64,000 bases of DNA from Azolla caroliniana (GCA_043228905.1 JBHGNT010000022.1:1922001-1986000); one strand, 5' to 3'; counted from the stretch's first letter, positions 40,980 to 55,052 are shown. A program made the numbers and translations. Notes: a model not told the origin generated them from the letters alone.

Positions 40980-43507
40980 ATGTGTGCCCATTCTATCTAA
41001 ACTTGTGTAATTATAATGGATTTGGAATTAGGATTAAAAATCCCCTCTAGGAGTTTGAGCTTTGTAATAAGAATGAAATTATCTTTGATGAGATCCCGCC
41101 CGATTGGTTTGGATCACAGGAATGTGGATACAAAATCCTTGTATTTGGTTTAGCTTAGGTTCAATTCCTTGTATTTAGCTTGTGGGCTCGGCCGTTTCTG
41201 TCGTCATTTTAAGTACTAACTTTCTCCATGCAATGTAATTAATTAACTCATTTCTACACACTTGTCACTCAATAAAGTTGGTGGATGTGAAGCATTAATT
41301 TTGTTGAAGGCATGTTGAAGTGTGCAAAGTCTATTGATGAAAATCAATAGCAAGGGAGATTTGCATAATTTGTTATTGAATAATTCTGGTTCTTCCCGAG
41401 TTTGGATGACTCGGCTTGGACAATATTAATCATTGTGTGCTCGTAAAGAGTGTAAACAAAACAATTGAAAGCTCTTTAGACACTTGAGTTACATAATTGC
41501 TTATTGAATAAATTTGTTCTTCCTAATTTGAACCATCGTTTAGGGACATTATTCAACAATTGAAAACTAGTGAACACTTTGGGTGTCATCCTAATTATAT
41601 CTTAGAAATCATTGGATTTAGGAATTAGGAAGGCCAAGATCACATCATAGGAATTCGAAGAAGACATATGTCTACACCTAGAAACGTTGGAAAATTTGTG
41701 AAATGCTCTTCAATTTTTGTTTTATTTGTGGGTGGGGGAAAGCAATAAATGCTTGAATTACATATACAAATAAGAAAAGGCGAGCAAAAAGGTATTACAA
41801 TTGACCATATAATTTATTCAACTAACTTGGACAAATTCTGAAATAAGTTATTAAGATAGTTGGGGAATGGCTTCTTAAGGTATAAAGATTTTTGGGGATT
41901 GGGTTAAGGTATAAAGATGTTTGGGGGATTAATGAGAAGTCATCGCTCAGGTAATAAAGCAACATTCAAGGCTACTTTTTAGTTTTTATCTACAAGCTTT
42001 TACTGATGCATGACCACATCAAATTCATGATGGAGTCATCTACACCATTATATACACTATGCTAAATTTAACCAACCATAACATAAAATGCACAAGTGTT
42101 CTTTAGACCATCCGGTACCCATCAGACACACAAGGTAAGTAAGGTATTCACTTTGAGGAATATGAAGACGCTTTTACTAACCTTTACCCATCGGACACAC
42201 AAGAGAATCCTTTAGCATCACATCCCCTAGCCAACTTTTACCATCCTAATATTTAGAGTATTCCTTCAAACCATCAATGCAAGCCTCTAAGAAGCACTAA
42301 ATGCACACATAGAGTCCTTTTGAGAATCACAAGCTCCAACAAACTTTAATGTTACCCCATGAAACTTGTGAGGGAGACCTTCAGATCATTATATGCCCCC
42401 CTACAAGCTTCTACCAAGCACTTGCATATAACTCAACCATTACCACATGAGATACAAGGGGTAAAGAGTCACTATTTAATCTTTTTATTTCTTGCACAAT
42501 AACTTACTACAAAACTGTATTGAAATAATATGATGGTCCATTGCAGTTATATTGACAAGTATGCATTAAAATAGACATGTGCAAACACTTCCACCTTGCA
42601 TGTAACAAATCACGAACTAGCAAGTTTCATTTTGTCGCAATCATATTTGAAAGGACAACCACCCGCCATTTCCCAATGGTTGATCATTTGCATGGGAAAA
42701 TGATATGCTATAGCTGATCTTTGTATTATTTAGCCTTGTAGGAATCACTAATATATCATATATAAACTTTCAATTACACAATTGGCTTTACCACTCTAAA
42801 GATCACAAGGGGTATGATTGTTTATTGAATGGTTCCATTTATTTCATAGAGTCAGAGCTATTAGCAAATGAGATTGGATGAGTACGAAGCACAATGCGAG
42901 GTGGATCCATTGACCATCGTACATTGAGGATCACGTGGAAGTTATTGTAGAGTTTTCTTAGAGATAATGCATCCAAATAAGGAGAGGATGTAAGATATGT
43001 AAGGGCTAGTAGCAAGTTGCAACCATCATAAAACTCTACAAGGATAATATGTCGTTGCAACGATTGCCATATGGATGGGAGAATCCCTCCGTTTTCCTTT
43101 TCAAATGCATAAATAACAATTAGACTTCTAAGTTAGGCAATTAAGATATTTATACATGTCGCCATTAGAACTTTCAATTAACAAAACTCATACCGTATGG
43201 TTTATATATGTTTAATCTTACTTTTCTTGAGATTAGGAGCATCATTTATCCAAGCATATTTTAGGAGTAAATTTCGTAGCTTATAAGCCTATTTGGGTAA
43301 TTCTTGGTTTTACAAACCATTTTATGTAGTTTTACATATAGAAAGGTGTCATATCAAGAGAATAATAGCACAATGATTACAAAAGGGCTTATTTAATTGA
43401 TGTGAAATTGAGTGAGGAGAGTTCCTAAACTTGAATACATGTCATGGTTTAGATTGTTTACATATATGTAGTGAAGCTCGAATAATTCACTTTCATTTAT
43501 TAAACTC

Positions 43508-46500
43508 TGTAAAGAATTACGTGCGGAAGCTTGTAGATGAAACCGGCTTCACCGGATAGCAACAGAGAATATGCACATGTTTAATGGAAAGCGTAGACAC
43601 ACAAAGAGAGTACACGGGAGAGACAGAGAGAGCAGAACAGTAAACTCAATTCAAAATAATAATACTCTGTACATACAATGTGCTTAGAGAGCACTTTTAT
43701 GCAAGTTCTTAAAAGGACTAACAGAAGTACTAACATGTACTTCAATGCTCATACGAGTGACTGACACTAACTCCAAGAAATATGCCTACGTACTTGGCTA
43801 GGACCGTAGACCTCCAAGGGCCTACTGGTTACAATCCGAATCGGCTCTTGGTTCCGGGTACCGATCCCGATACCTATTGGATTCTCCGTTCCGGATACAG
43901 ATCCGGCTCCGGCTTATTTAGCCGATCCAGATCCGGTTGAGCTTGTCCGCTGAACACTCCCCATCAAGCTCAAATTAAGGTCGGATTGTGGTGTCCATGT
44001 CTGCTGGTCCTTTCCTCCGGCTCCTTTTGGCATCTTCCCGCCTTGTTTGTGCTCCTTGACTCGTTTGGTCTTGTGCACCTCGACCTTCTCGGTTGGCTTG
44101 TCTGCTCAACAAGCCCATTTGAGCTCCTTTGCTGCTTTGACTTTGGCGCTTCTTGACTAGTCGGTTCCTTTGTGTCAACGTAGATTTCCATTGCCTTCTA
44201 GTCCATTTGGCCTTATGTTGATCCGGCTCCTCCAAATCAGACACCTCTTTCGAATTGGGTGCCTCCGATTCATTCCAGCTCTTGTCTGAGTTGGTTGTCT
44301 CCAACTCGTCCTCAGTCTTTAGGCCCTTCACAAGATTGAACCACGTCCGAGTCTTGGCCTTCTTCTTCCGGGCGGCTCTATCCTTCTTGACAATGCCGCC
44401 GTCGCCGCTTGTTCCGATTTGTTCGGATGTGCCGACTACTTCAGTTGACTCGGATCCCTTTTTCTTCTTGTCTCCCCCTATTTCGGTTTCCTTCTCTCCT
44501 GTTGCTTGTTCGGTGCCTTTGCCTGTTTTCCTAGTTTCCGTTTTGGTTCTTCCCGTATCAATACCGGTTCTCCCCCTCAAGTGCGGCATGTCGAGATGCT
44601 GTAGCCCAAGCATCTCCGAAAAATACTTGTCGGTCCCAAGTACCTTGGTGAAGATGTTGGCAACTTGTTGATCCATCAGAACATACCGAAGTTCGACTTC
44701 ACCGCTGAGGACTCGCTCGCGCACAAAGTGATAATGCACTTCTATACGCTTTGTCCGAGCATGGAACACAAGATATTTGGCAAGATTCATACTGCTCATG
44801 TTGTCGCAGTAGATCGGGATCGGAGTCGGTACTTTGATTTAGAGGTCTTGCAGTAGCCGCTGAACCCAGATGGCTTCACAGGTGGCAATGGTAGTGGCCC
44901 GATACTCAACCTCAGTGCTCGATAGTGCCACTATCGGCTGCTTTTTGTTGCTCCACGCAATAGCCATGCTACCAAGAGAGAACATAAATCCGGAAGTTGA
45001 TTGACGATCCAATGCATCACCGACCCAATCGGCATCTATATATCTGATTAGCTTTTCAGTTATATACCCTGTCGGTATAACAGTCCTCGGTCCTTAGTGC
45101 TTCTAACATACCTCAGTATTCGGTGCGCGCACTAAAGGTGCTCCACGATCGGCTTATGCATAAACTGAATGATCACCCTGACTAGATAGCTGATGTCGGG
45201 CCAAGTGATAGTTATATAGATGAGGCTTTCGACAATTTGTCGAAACCATTTCTCGTTACAAGCCGGTCCGAAGTTGGGACGAAGCTTCAAGTTCTCGTCC
45301 AGGGGTGTGGAGACTAGTCTGCAATCGGTCATGCAGAACTTGAACAACATATTCAAAACGTAATGTCTCTAGGACAACAATATGCCATCGGGGGTATGGA
45401 ACACTTTGATCCCGAGGAAGTAATGAAGGTCCCCCAGGTCCTTCATTTCGAATGCGTCTGACAGTTGGGACTTCACTCGGTTGATTTCAGCAAGTCTGGG
45501 TCCGGTGATGACTAGATCATCCACGTATAGTGATGCGCTATGTACTCATTATAACCGTACTATTTTACGGGGTTCTTCTGGTGGCTCAATCGACGTAACT
45601 TCTCTTAGCCAATTTCAAGGCCCTCTTGGCTGGGTCGGACTTCGTCTCCAAAGGTTTGTCTTCATGCTTTCCGGAGTCAAACTCGCTCCGATTTGACTCT
45701 TCTCTGCTGGTGTCGTACTCTAGCATCTTCTTCTTCCCCTTCTCTTTATGTGTGAACCGTCTCCTCAGTTCCTTGTGCGGGGAAAGCACGATCGAGTCTC
45801 CACTATTCACAAGCTCTTCATCTGATTGGTCGTTCTGACTCAGTCGCTCATTCGGCCCACTTAGCCGGAATGAGATTGGACTCTCATCTAGAGTATCGAA
45901 TCCTTCTTCATCTTCTACTCGGATCATTTCGGGCTCACTGGCCTCATCTTCCGGAATCAGGTTGGAGTTAGAGGTCGGAGTCAGTAAGGAGTACCATGAT
46001 GCCAACTCGTCAAATTCGACATCTCGGCTCACTTAAACTTGTTTTGTTCGGGGGTTATAGCAAGTCTTATAACCCTTTTGCTCATGTGAGTAGTTGACAA
46101 GGATACACTTCTCCGACTTCGGGTCCAACTTTCCCCGCCTCTCAACCGGCACATACACATAGGTAATGCTGCCGAATACCCTAAGGTGTTGTAAATTCGG
46201 CTTCCACCCAAAATATAGCTCATGTGTTGACACATTTTCTCGTATCTAGTTTTGAATGCAGACGACTGTCTGAACCGCTTCGGCCCAATAGAACTTGGGC
46301 ATGCTCTTCTCTTTCCGCCTTGCCGCCTCCACAATAGACCGGTTCTTCCTTTCGTCCATGCCGTTCTGTTCCAGCGTGTATCGGCAACTAAATTCCCTCC
46401 GAATTCCTTTCTACTATAGATAACTATTGAATTGGCAGGAGAAGTATTCTTTTTCGCCATCCGACCGTACGCACTTGGTCTTTCCTCTGTTTCCCATTCG

Positions 46501-48768
46501 ACAAGACTTTGCAGGTTCCGGAAATAGTCGAAGACTTCACTTTTCTTCTCGATGAGATAGATCCACGTGTGCCGACTGTAGTCGTCGATGAAGGAGATGA
46601 AATATCGCCCCCTGCCAAGTCTAACATTTTGTGCCAGTCCCCATACATCCGAATGGATTCAGTTGAGCTTGTTATGGATCTAGTTTTTTTCGGTGGGGAA
46701 TGGAAGCCAGTGTTGCTTCCCGAGTTGGCAAGCTTCACATATTTGGATCTTTCGGCCACTATATTTCGGCAATCTGGAACCACCTGTTTCAATTGCAGAT
46801 CTTGATTCAGCCTCTAGTAGTTGACATGACCTATTTGCTTGTGCCGTAAGTCGATGTCCCACTCGACTTTTTGGCCTTTGGTGAATAGAGGAGTGCTGGC
46901 GTCATTGATGTCGAGGATAAACATTCTCCCGTGCCGGCGCCCTTGCGCGATTATCTGGCCCTCATCCTTAATGAAGCACCAGAGGTGTGTAAACTGCACT
47001 AACATCTCTTGGTCGACGATCTGTCCGACCGACACTAGGTTCTTCGTGATTGTTGGAACATGTAAAACATTCTTTAACTTTCCCTTTTGTCCGACATGAC
47101 TCAACGAAACTTCTTCGGCTTGATCGGGTGAGGAGTGTCGTCTCCGGTTTCGACAACTCCCGGTTGCTTCAGCTTTTCCAAAAATGAGAACCACTCCTCA
47201 TGGCTCGTCATGTGGTTAGATGCTTCGGAATCAACATACCACACTTCCTCCGATCCAGAAGTGGGACCTTCTTCATTGAGTTCGTCTTGTGTTTCATCAC
47301 AAAGGTTGGCCCTTTTCCTGTCTTTTCGGGTTCGGATTCTTCTAATTCTTCGGCATAGTGCGAGCTTTGCCGGCTCCCTTGTTTGGTTTTGCCAGATCCG
47401 GATTTGTCCGAATTGGTGTGCTTCGTTCGACACTTGCTCTCTCGATGGCCTTTCTTGCCACAATACTAGCATTCCATCTCGGCTTTTCCTTGCTGGTCTC
47501 CGATGCCACTTTGACTCCCTCTACTTGTGGAGGGTCCAAAACTGTTGTCGACACTATCTCTGTGCCTCCAGTTCTGCTCTTTCCAGTAGCCGCTATTGTG
47601 TGCTGACCCACCTCATCCCCCACTCCCACGGGGCCGATTCGCCTCTGTGAACAACATCCGACTGTCCGGTTGACTGGTCCTCGACCCACTCCTGTGGTTT
47701 TCTTCGACCATCAGCATCGATTGCAAGTCGAAGAAGGACAATGGTTTCTCCTGGGTGCAAATCGTTGTTCGGACACCTTTGTGCCAGACCACTGAGGCAT
47801 ATCTGGACCATCTCGTCTTTGTCCACTATCATGTTGATGGAACTGAGCGCGTTGTAGATCTCCTTTATCTTGGTGGTGTAGTCGGTAACCGACATGTCCC
47901 TTTGCCGGATGTTGATGAGTTCTTGCTGGAGCTGCAACTTCCAACCGTTGTGCTTGCTGTGAAAATCTTCTTCAAATTCTCCCAAGCTTCTTTCGACATT
48001 TTTGCATCTTTGATGTAGCCGAGCATCTGGTCATGCACAGAGGATGCGAAGCAGTACAACACTCTGCTCACTCCTTGCTCCCATGTCGGGAAGTCCTTGT
48101 GTGTCAGCTTCGACGCTACCTCGTTTGCTCCTTCAACATAGCTCCAATATCCGTGTCCAAGTAGATACCGGTGCATCTTGTATGACCAAGATGCGTAGTT
48201 ATTTCTTTCGAGTTTCTTTGTCGGGAGGAAGCTTGCCATCCCTCTGTCCATTTTTTATCTTTTCGGTCTGTTGTGATTTTCCAGAAGTTAGGGGTTGCCT
48301 ATGGAAATTTCTTGTTGGCGGTAGAGGTTCTCAACCCTCGCGCTCTTATACGATGTAAAGAATTACGTGCGAAAGCTTGGAGAGGAAACCGGCTTCACCG
48401 GATAACAACAGAGAATATGCACAAGTTTAATGGAAAGCTTAGACACACAAAGAGAGTACGCGGGAGAGACAGAGAGAGCAGATTCACAGTAAACTCAATT
48501 CAAAATAATAATACTTTGTACATACAATGTGGTCAGAGAGCACTTTTATACAATTTCTTAAAAGGACTGACATAAGTACTGACATGTACTTCAATGCTCA
48601 TACATGCGATTGACACTAACTCCAAGAAATATGCCTACATACTAGGCTAGGACGGTAGGCCTCTAATGGCCTACCACTTACAATTCGATCTGGCTCTTGG
48701 TTCCAAGTACTGATCCGGCTTCGGCTTATTCAACTGATCCGGATCCGGTTGAGCTTGTCCGCTCAACT
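43508..48768 (-). mobile_element. Degenerate Bryco-like copia element with both LTRs (48354-48768 and 43508-43956), TSD AACTC; RT core deleted
   Basis: gag NNYASWSYKMHRYLLGHG, protease WYVDSEASNHMT, CEACQLGKQ, integrase LRVFGS, RNase H RTKRIEVHYHFVRE; degenerate Met PBS 48342-48353; AACTC on both flanks. Confidence 0.9.
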
Positions 48769-50952
48769 AACTCCAAATGTAGAATGCAATTGAATAATTT
48801 AAGTGTTGGGAATCTTTACTCTCCTAATTTGCCTTGCATATGAGATTATGGTTTTATTGGTGTGAAAGTGATTAAGGAATGTCATATTCAAAATATTTCA
48901 ATACACAATACAATTGACAATTTGACTTATCAATTTAGTTAACATTAAAATCATCATATTTTCCAACTTGAAATCTTTTTAGCCCAAATCTAGAGTTTAT
49001 GTTAGTTGTAAGCGGGCAAACAAGTCTCCATTCATGTTTCCCTAATGCTATATTTCCCATTCAACACTTCTTTTATGCATGTGGTCGACCATTGGAATCC
49101 CAAATGCCTCACTAAAACATATAATGATGAACGAGAGTTTATGTGAAGTGCAGTAGATGATATAGGTATCTTGTGAAAGAGTTAAGATATCGTAGAGAAG
49201 GCATTGTAAAACTTCACGAAATTTATTTAAACCTCATGTGACATTAAATGGTCAAGGGCTTAAGGAAATATAACCTTTGAGAACCTAAACCAAGGCAAAT
49301 GGAATCCCAATACATAAGAAACCCCTTTTTTTATGTGAAATTGGAATTGTGACATATTTTATATTTAAGAGAGATGACAGTAGGGTGTTAGAGATTAATA
49401 ACTTTAATCAGCCATAGGATTGAAAACAAGCCAAATGATCAACATTATACCAGGCTTCCCATATGCCACCAATTTAGACAAAATTTGATAGTGTCTTTGA
49501 GACCTTAAATTTAGTTAGATAGCAATATATGTCTCATGTCTCAAAAGTTGATGAAACAATTAATTGCAATGATAGCACCTTTTTCTCACTAATACACTAC
49601 AGATGAGATTATTCTACAGACTACAATCCATTGACAAAACAAAAGTAGTAAAATAGCCTTAGCAAGTGGATCCTTATATAAATTTTGTGAGACTTAATTG
49701 TTTAGTATATATTTAAATCTCCATGTGGCCAAACTCAATCAAATCCTTAAGGATTTGCATAAAGTTCTGCGATATTTATGTGGTCATTGTCTTGCAAGTC
49801 AATAACATGGTTCTTAATGTCCTAAGGTGCCATACCATGACTACTTGATGGTCTTGGTATCTTATTGTATAGCATAGATTGAGGGTATGACACTAGAGAA
49901 TCATGAATTTGTTTTTACATTAGACTAATGTTACCATTTTTTATTTCCGTATCACCATAATGAACTAGAACACCTTTTTTTGTTTCCGCATCATCTCTCT
50001 CGCTCTCCCCATTATTTCTTATACATCACTTTTCTCTTTCTCCATATAGTGTATCACTTATTTAATCCATACACAATACTACTGTTGGGAATTTTTTTGA
50101 TCCCAATCGGAAATTTCCTTGATTGTCATTAACCTAATTGGATTTTCAAAATTCTGGCATGCTATTTTCCTACTAATGTACATGCCATTTGGAACAAGAA
50201 AGAATTAATTAACTTTCTATTTAACTATTTTTCTTTGTAAAATTTCATAATTGAACCATCATATAACTAATCATAGAAGATATACAAATTTCCTACTTCT
50301 CATTAAGCAACAAGAATTTCCAATAGACAAATTTGTGTCATAAATATGTCATGCACTAAAGCTTTGCCAACTAGTTGTTGAGAAAGAGAGAAGCCTACAA
50401 AATCTCCATTTGCACCGAATGGAATGTCATTGATGAGTGCAAAGAACAATGGGTTGAGATGGTAGGCCTATATGCCAAGCCAAAGGGAAGAATGATTATA
50501 TAACCCTTCCCTAAACATTATATTTGAAAAGATAAGTTCATTAATGATGTCAATTATCTATGCCATTGTTTGTACAAAGTTTTACTAAATGTTTTTGTTA
50601 GAAAGATTTATTGTTGATGCGAGAATGACAAATATTTAGTACATCTAAATATGTGCCTTGGAATGGGTTCGTAGGCATAATAAAATTTTTGGGCCTAATT
50701 TTGGAGTTTGATATGGGAATAGTCTAGGGAGATTTTGAGTCATAATCTATTTGATGAGATCAAAAGTGTTTTTTTATCAAATAGGAGAAAAGGGAGGCAA
50801 AAGTATTTTCTTCCATTTTTCCAAAACTTTTCTTCTTTTAAAATTTTAATTGTAGCTTAAATTGGCCTAAATAGCTAGTTTTGAAAATTAGACTAGGTAG
50901 ATTCCAAATTTTTTTGAAAATTTTAGCTAAAATCACTTCCTATCCTTCCCAT

Positions 50953-51443
50953 TGTTGGCATAAAAGGACAACTCCTTCCAAATTGTATCCTTGAGTGGAC
51001 ACGTTCTCAAGTTAGGGCTTGAGTATATAAGCCCAACTGTAACATTGTAAAGAGAGAGATAGTTTTAGAAGAGAATAACAGAGCTTCCATTAGAGATTAA
51101 CCGTGTCTATCTTACCTTCTATCTTCTTGCACATTCATACGTTGGACTTTGTGTTGTTTGCTGTACACATCATCTTGCAGGTCCTCACCTTCCGCTACAC
51201 ATTATCTTCATAACCTAGAAAGAACATGTGGTATCAAAGCGACCTTGTTGTCCGACGGCAACAAATAACAGAAATTTGAGAAGAGAAGCTATTCGGCTGA
51301 AAGAAAAGACCAAGCCAACAACATCTACTTTCCAAAAAATGGCAACACAATCTAGCACAAGTGTGGAAATCCGGAAGTTCGATGGGAAGAACTTCGCTCT
51401 CTGGAAAGAGATGATGCAAGATGTGCTAATCATTCAGAGACAG
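50953..51443 (+). mobile_element. Copia 5' end: LTR 50953-51226, PBS 51229-51240, gag start truncated
   Basis: TGTTG...GAACA then TGGTATCAAAGC; MATQSSTSVEIRKFDGKNFALWKEMMQDVL. Confidence 0.8.
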
Positions 51444-51855
51444 TGTAGAAAATAAGATGCGGAAGCTTACGGGTTACTAACACAGTTGGCTAGGCCAAAT
51501 AACAAACAACAGTTAGGAATACACATAGAATGTGTGTGTGTGTGAGAGAGAGAGACGCTCTATACATCAACGCTCTATACATCAAAATGTGCTTAGTGAA
51601 CACTCTTTATACTATTGAGAATCGACCAGCCATAACCGGTTGTCACGTTTGTATGCGGGTGCAAATATCAACAATGATAGTGCACAGACAAACACAAAAA
51701 ATAGAAAGTACAAGAAAACAGACACATAGGTATTTTAACGTGGAAAACCTGAATCGGGAAAAACCTATGTATGATAGGAAATACAAGGAGACTCGAAGGC
51801 AACGACCTCGAGTTCGTCTTCCTCTAATAGACAGTGGCGGAGTTACAACTCTCTC

Positions 51856-51895
<40 letters not shown>

Positions 51896-52450
51896 GTTAC
51901 AGAGGCAACTACTCACTGTAACTTCGTCAACAAGAATAATGATGATTCTCTGTCATCTAACTACTTGCCCTAAGTATATTTATACTCATACAATATGGGC
52001 TATTTACAATTATGGCCCACTAAGGGCACATTTAGGCTATTTACAATTATAGCCCCCCCCTTCTCGAATCGGCTTCGACCGATTCGGCTAATAACCGAAT
52101 TGATTATCGATTAGTCGATTTTTCGGAAATCGATTTTCGGCATGTGCTCTTCCCATCCGAAGGGATATGTTTTCCCAACAAACTCCCCCTTCACTCCGGC
52201 ATGGGGTAGTTGATCAATCCGACCCTTTGTTGGCACACACTCTGCTTTTCTGTCGACAACACCTTTGTTAGCATATCTTATCCGTTTTCCATTGTGTGGA
52301 TTTTCATCAGAGCAAACTCCCTTTCTTCTACTCGCTCTCGGAGCCAGTGGTATCTCCTCTAGATGTGCTTGGTCCTTGAGTGGTAGGCAGCATTCTTGGC
52401 AAGGTGGATGGCACTTTGGTTGTCGCAGTAGAGTCATAATTCCTCCTAAA
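51444..52450 (-). mobile_element. Copia LTR pieces plus Tork-like 3' end (RNase H ~52195-52445, PPT, LTR ending at 52180)
   Basis: minus-strand LYCDNQSAIHLAKNAAYHSRTKHI; AACTCCCCCT PPT next to CCCAACA; similarity to LTRs at 663-1175 and 19918. Confidence 0.7.
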
Positions 52451-53263
52451 CATTGGGTCATTTAGAACAGGTAATATGTCTCATTCATTTATTGATAAAT
52501 ACATGAGATGTCAAGAATTACTATTTTTTAACAAACTTTTCAAGAATGTATCACGCATGCGCACATGACTTTTAAAAACATCATTAAAAAACACAGTTAA
52601 TATTATCAAGATTTCAAATTTAACCTATATTTTCTCAATCCATACACAAATTTATCCTAATATTAGGTTAGATTACGCGAATGCTTCCAACTGTAATTGT
52701 AATATGCTTCACTTTCCACAATGTTGAATTTGAATCCAACTTAACAATTTTAGAAATACAATTTTGTTGCTATATTTGTCTCTAACTCCTATAAAGATTG
52801 TTATATTAAATTAGCAAATAGCATTTTTGGATATAATTAGAAACATATTCACATGCCCAAAAACTACTACGAACATTATATCCCTATCATACATGAACAA
52901 CCTGAATGTATTATCAAGTGAGCAACAACATTGACTTAATATTATTGTGTTCACTCAAAACTAAATAAACAAGATTAAAGACAACATAAATCCTAGAATA
53001 AAGCTAAATTCAATTATATTAATTAAGAAACAATTATAACCAACATTTGTCATACAATCGATAAGTTCATCATCATCTATTCAATGAAAATTATACTTAA
53101 CCACATACTTTGCGAGTCAACATTTACAAATATATGATAGACACTTAAAGTTTGCACACCAATCAGATAGTGTAAAGAAATGGTACTCAAACAAAAGAAT
53201 CTTATATTCCAAAACAAGTTTAGTGTTACAAGTTTTTAGTTACAAATACAAAGTAGTATACAA

Positions 53264-54350
53264 TCACTCCATTAGGAGGTCTGGAATAGGCTGCTCTCCA
53301 AGATCAGCTGACAATTGTGTTGCATCTACATGTTCTGTCTCCTCAACTGAATCTTGTATTTGATCAGACCTTGGTGCATCTTCAAGGTCGACAAGGTCCC
53401 CTCCTTCCTCGTTTATAGGTTCCATCAACTCTCTGGAGGTCAGCTGAAACATCTCAGTTTCGTTGATATGCTTTACCCCAACCTCTTGGTCCTGGTCGGG
53501 ACAATCCTAGATGCCTTGGATCCTTATCTTTATAAAATTGACTTGCTCGGGGTCCTTGTCTAATGCGATGTAGTTCCTGAACAATTTAAGAGTGCACGCA
53601 GTCGTTGTTCCTAAATAAACAATCACACATGCAAAAGTAAGAAAACAAAGATAGGAAATAATATTTTATTTTAAGAAAAATTGATCAAACTTATGAGATT
53701 ACCTTTTCTAGAAAATAAGTCGAGCACCCAATCATCAGGGTTTGAGAACAACTCGACCAATCGATTAATCAATCGTTGGGGCTTTTGATATGGGTTTACA
53801 AGACTCTTGTCACCAGACACGTGGTGCAATTTCTTTGTTACAGATAGGCACATGATATAGTTGATAACATTCCGCTCATTAACATGTGCCCGAGCCTTCT
53901 TCTCAGAAATAGCATCAAAATAGCCCACGCACAAATGCTCCACAACGCTCACCATTCAATCACCTGAGGTACGAGTTATGTTCATTTTAACCCTATTTTA
54001 TAATTGAATTGAAACAAGTTAATATATATGTAGTAAGCAACATAGAATCTATACATTAAATATATAGTAACATAAAGCTTACCAATGCATGTGTTTGGTG
54101 GCATGGCATTTCGACTTCAATGCAGTAGTGACCGATAAAGCCTGACCTATACTATGAAATATAACGATTCTCCACAATGGAGCCACGGTTAGCTCTGCAA
54201 AGTCTTTAACCATCTTCTCTATTTGCGGATATTTGTATGGTATATCGTCATATGTAGAGTTTGATATTCAGAATCCATACGGTATATCCGCCACGAGCAA
54301 TGTATAATGTTGCTTGGGTAATATGTCAAGCATATTACCCACATCACCAT
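53264..54350 (-). pseudogene. Intron-containing beta-class DNA amino-methyltransferase (N6_N4_Mtase-like), 5'-truncated; exons ~54350-54083, 53992-53703, 53610-53264
   Basis: hand translation: HGDVGNMLDILPKQHYTLLVADIPYG (motif IV) ... W/VKMN ... E ... NPYQKPQRLINRLVELFSNPDDWVLDLFSRK/GTTTACTLKLFRNYIALDKDPEQVNFIKIRI (motifs X-I-II); two ~90-nt GT-AG introns; three in-frame stops. Confidence 0.85.
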
Positions 54351-54923
54351 GGCCACTGTTAGCGGTCTTATTCATCTTTTCTTTTCATCCCATGGCCACT
54401 GTTAGCGCTCAGGAATATCAATATGTTTTCTCAGAGTTTCAATGCTTAAAAGAGAAGTTCCTTGCTTTGGAACAAGAAAATCAACGGTTGCTGGGGGATC
54501 TTCAACAAATCTCCTTAGAAAAGCAGCAAACGCAACAACAACATGGGGAACTTGCATTACGCATGCAACAACTCGAAGCAACCATCGTAGCGATGCAACA
54601 ACAAGGCCCTGGAACACAAGGGATTCATAAGGAACCCAAGATTGGCCTTCCCACGAAGTTCGATGGAACACGATCCCAGTTTAGAGGGTTCCTTAATCAG
54701 GTATGATTAGTTATTCAAATGCATCCTTCCCGATATCCTACCGATGCATCATGAGTGGGTTTAGTAGGGACATTGTTAAGTGGCTCAACGTTGGCATGGT
54801 TCGCTCCACTGTTGGAAAAGGAGTCTCCATTACTCAACAACTTTGAAGAGTTTATAGGTGAGTTTAAAGCATGCTTTGGAGATACTAACAACATAAGGAC
54901 CGCAATCCTCAAAATCCGGCGAC
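54347..54923 (+). mobile_element. Older Tcn1-like gag fragment interrupted by the younger element
   Basis: MATVSAQEYQ...KEPKIGLPTKFDG with stops; cut by the LTR at 54924. Confidence 0.85.
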
Positions 54924-55052
54924 TGTCAGGAACTCTATTAAGGCAGAGAAGGAGTTAGTACTAAAAGAAGGATTAGTACTATTGTTGGGGAATAGTACTA
55001 AGACAGAGAAGGATTAGTACTATGAGAGGTGTCGAACTTTGAGAGAAGGAAT

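Noticed and set aside
41550-42460. Possible ancient LINE remnant
   Set aside because: Too degenerate to support by eye
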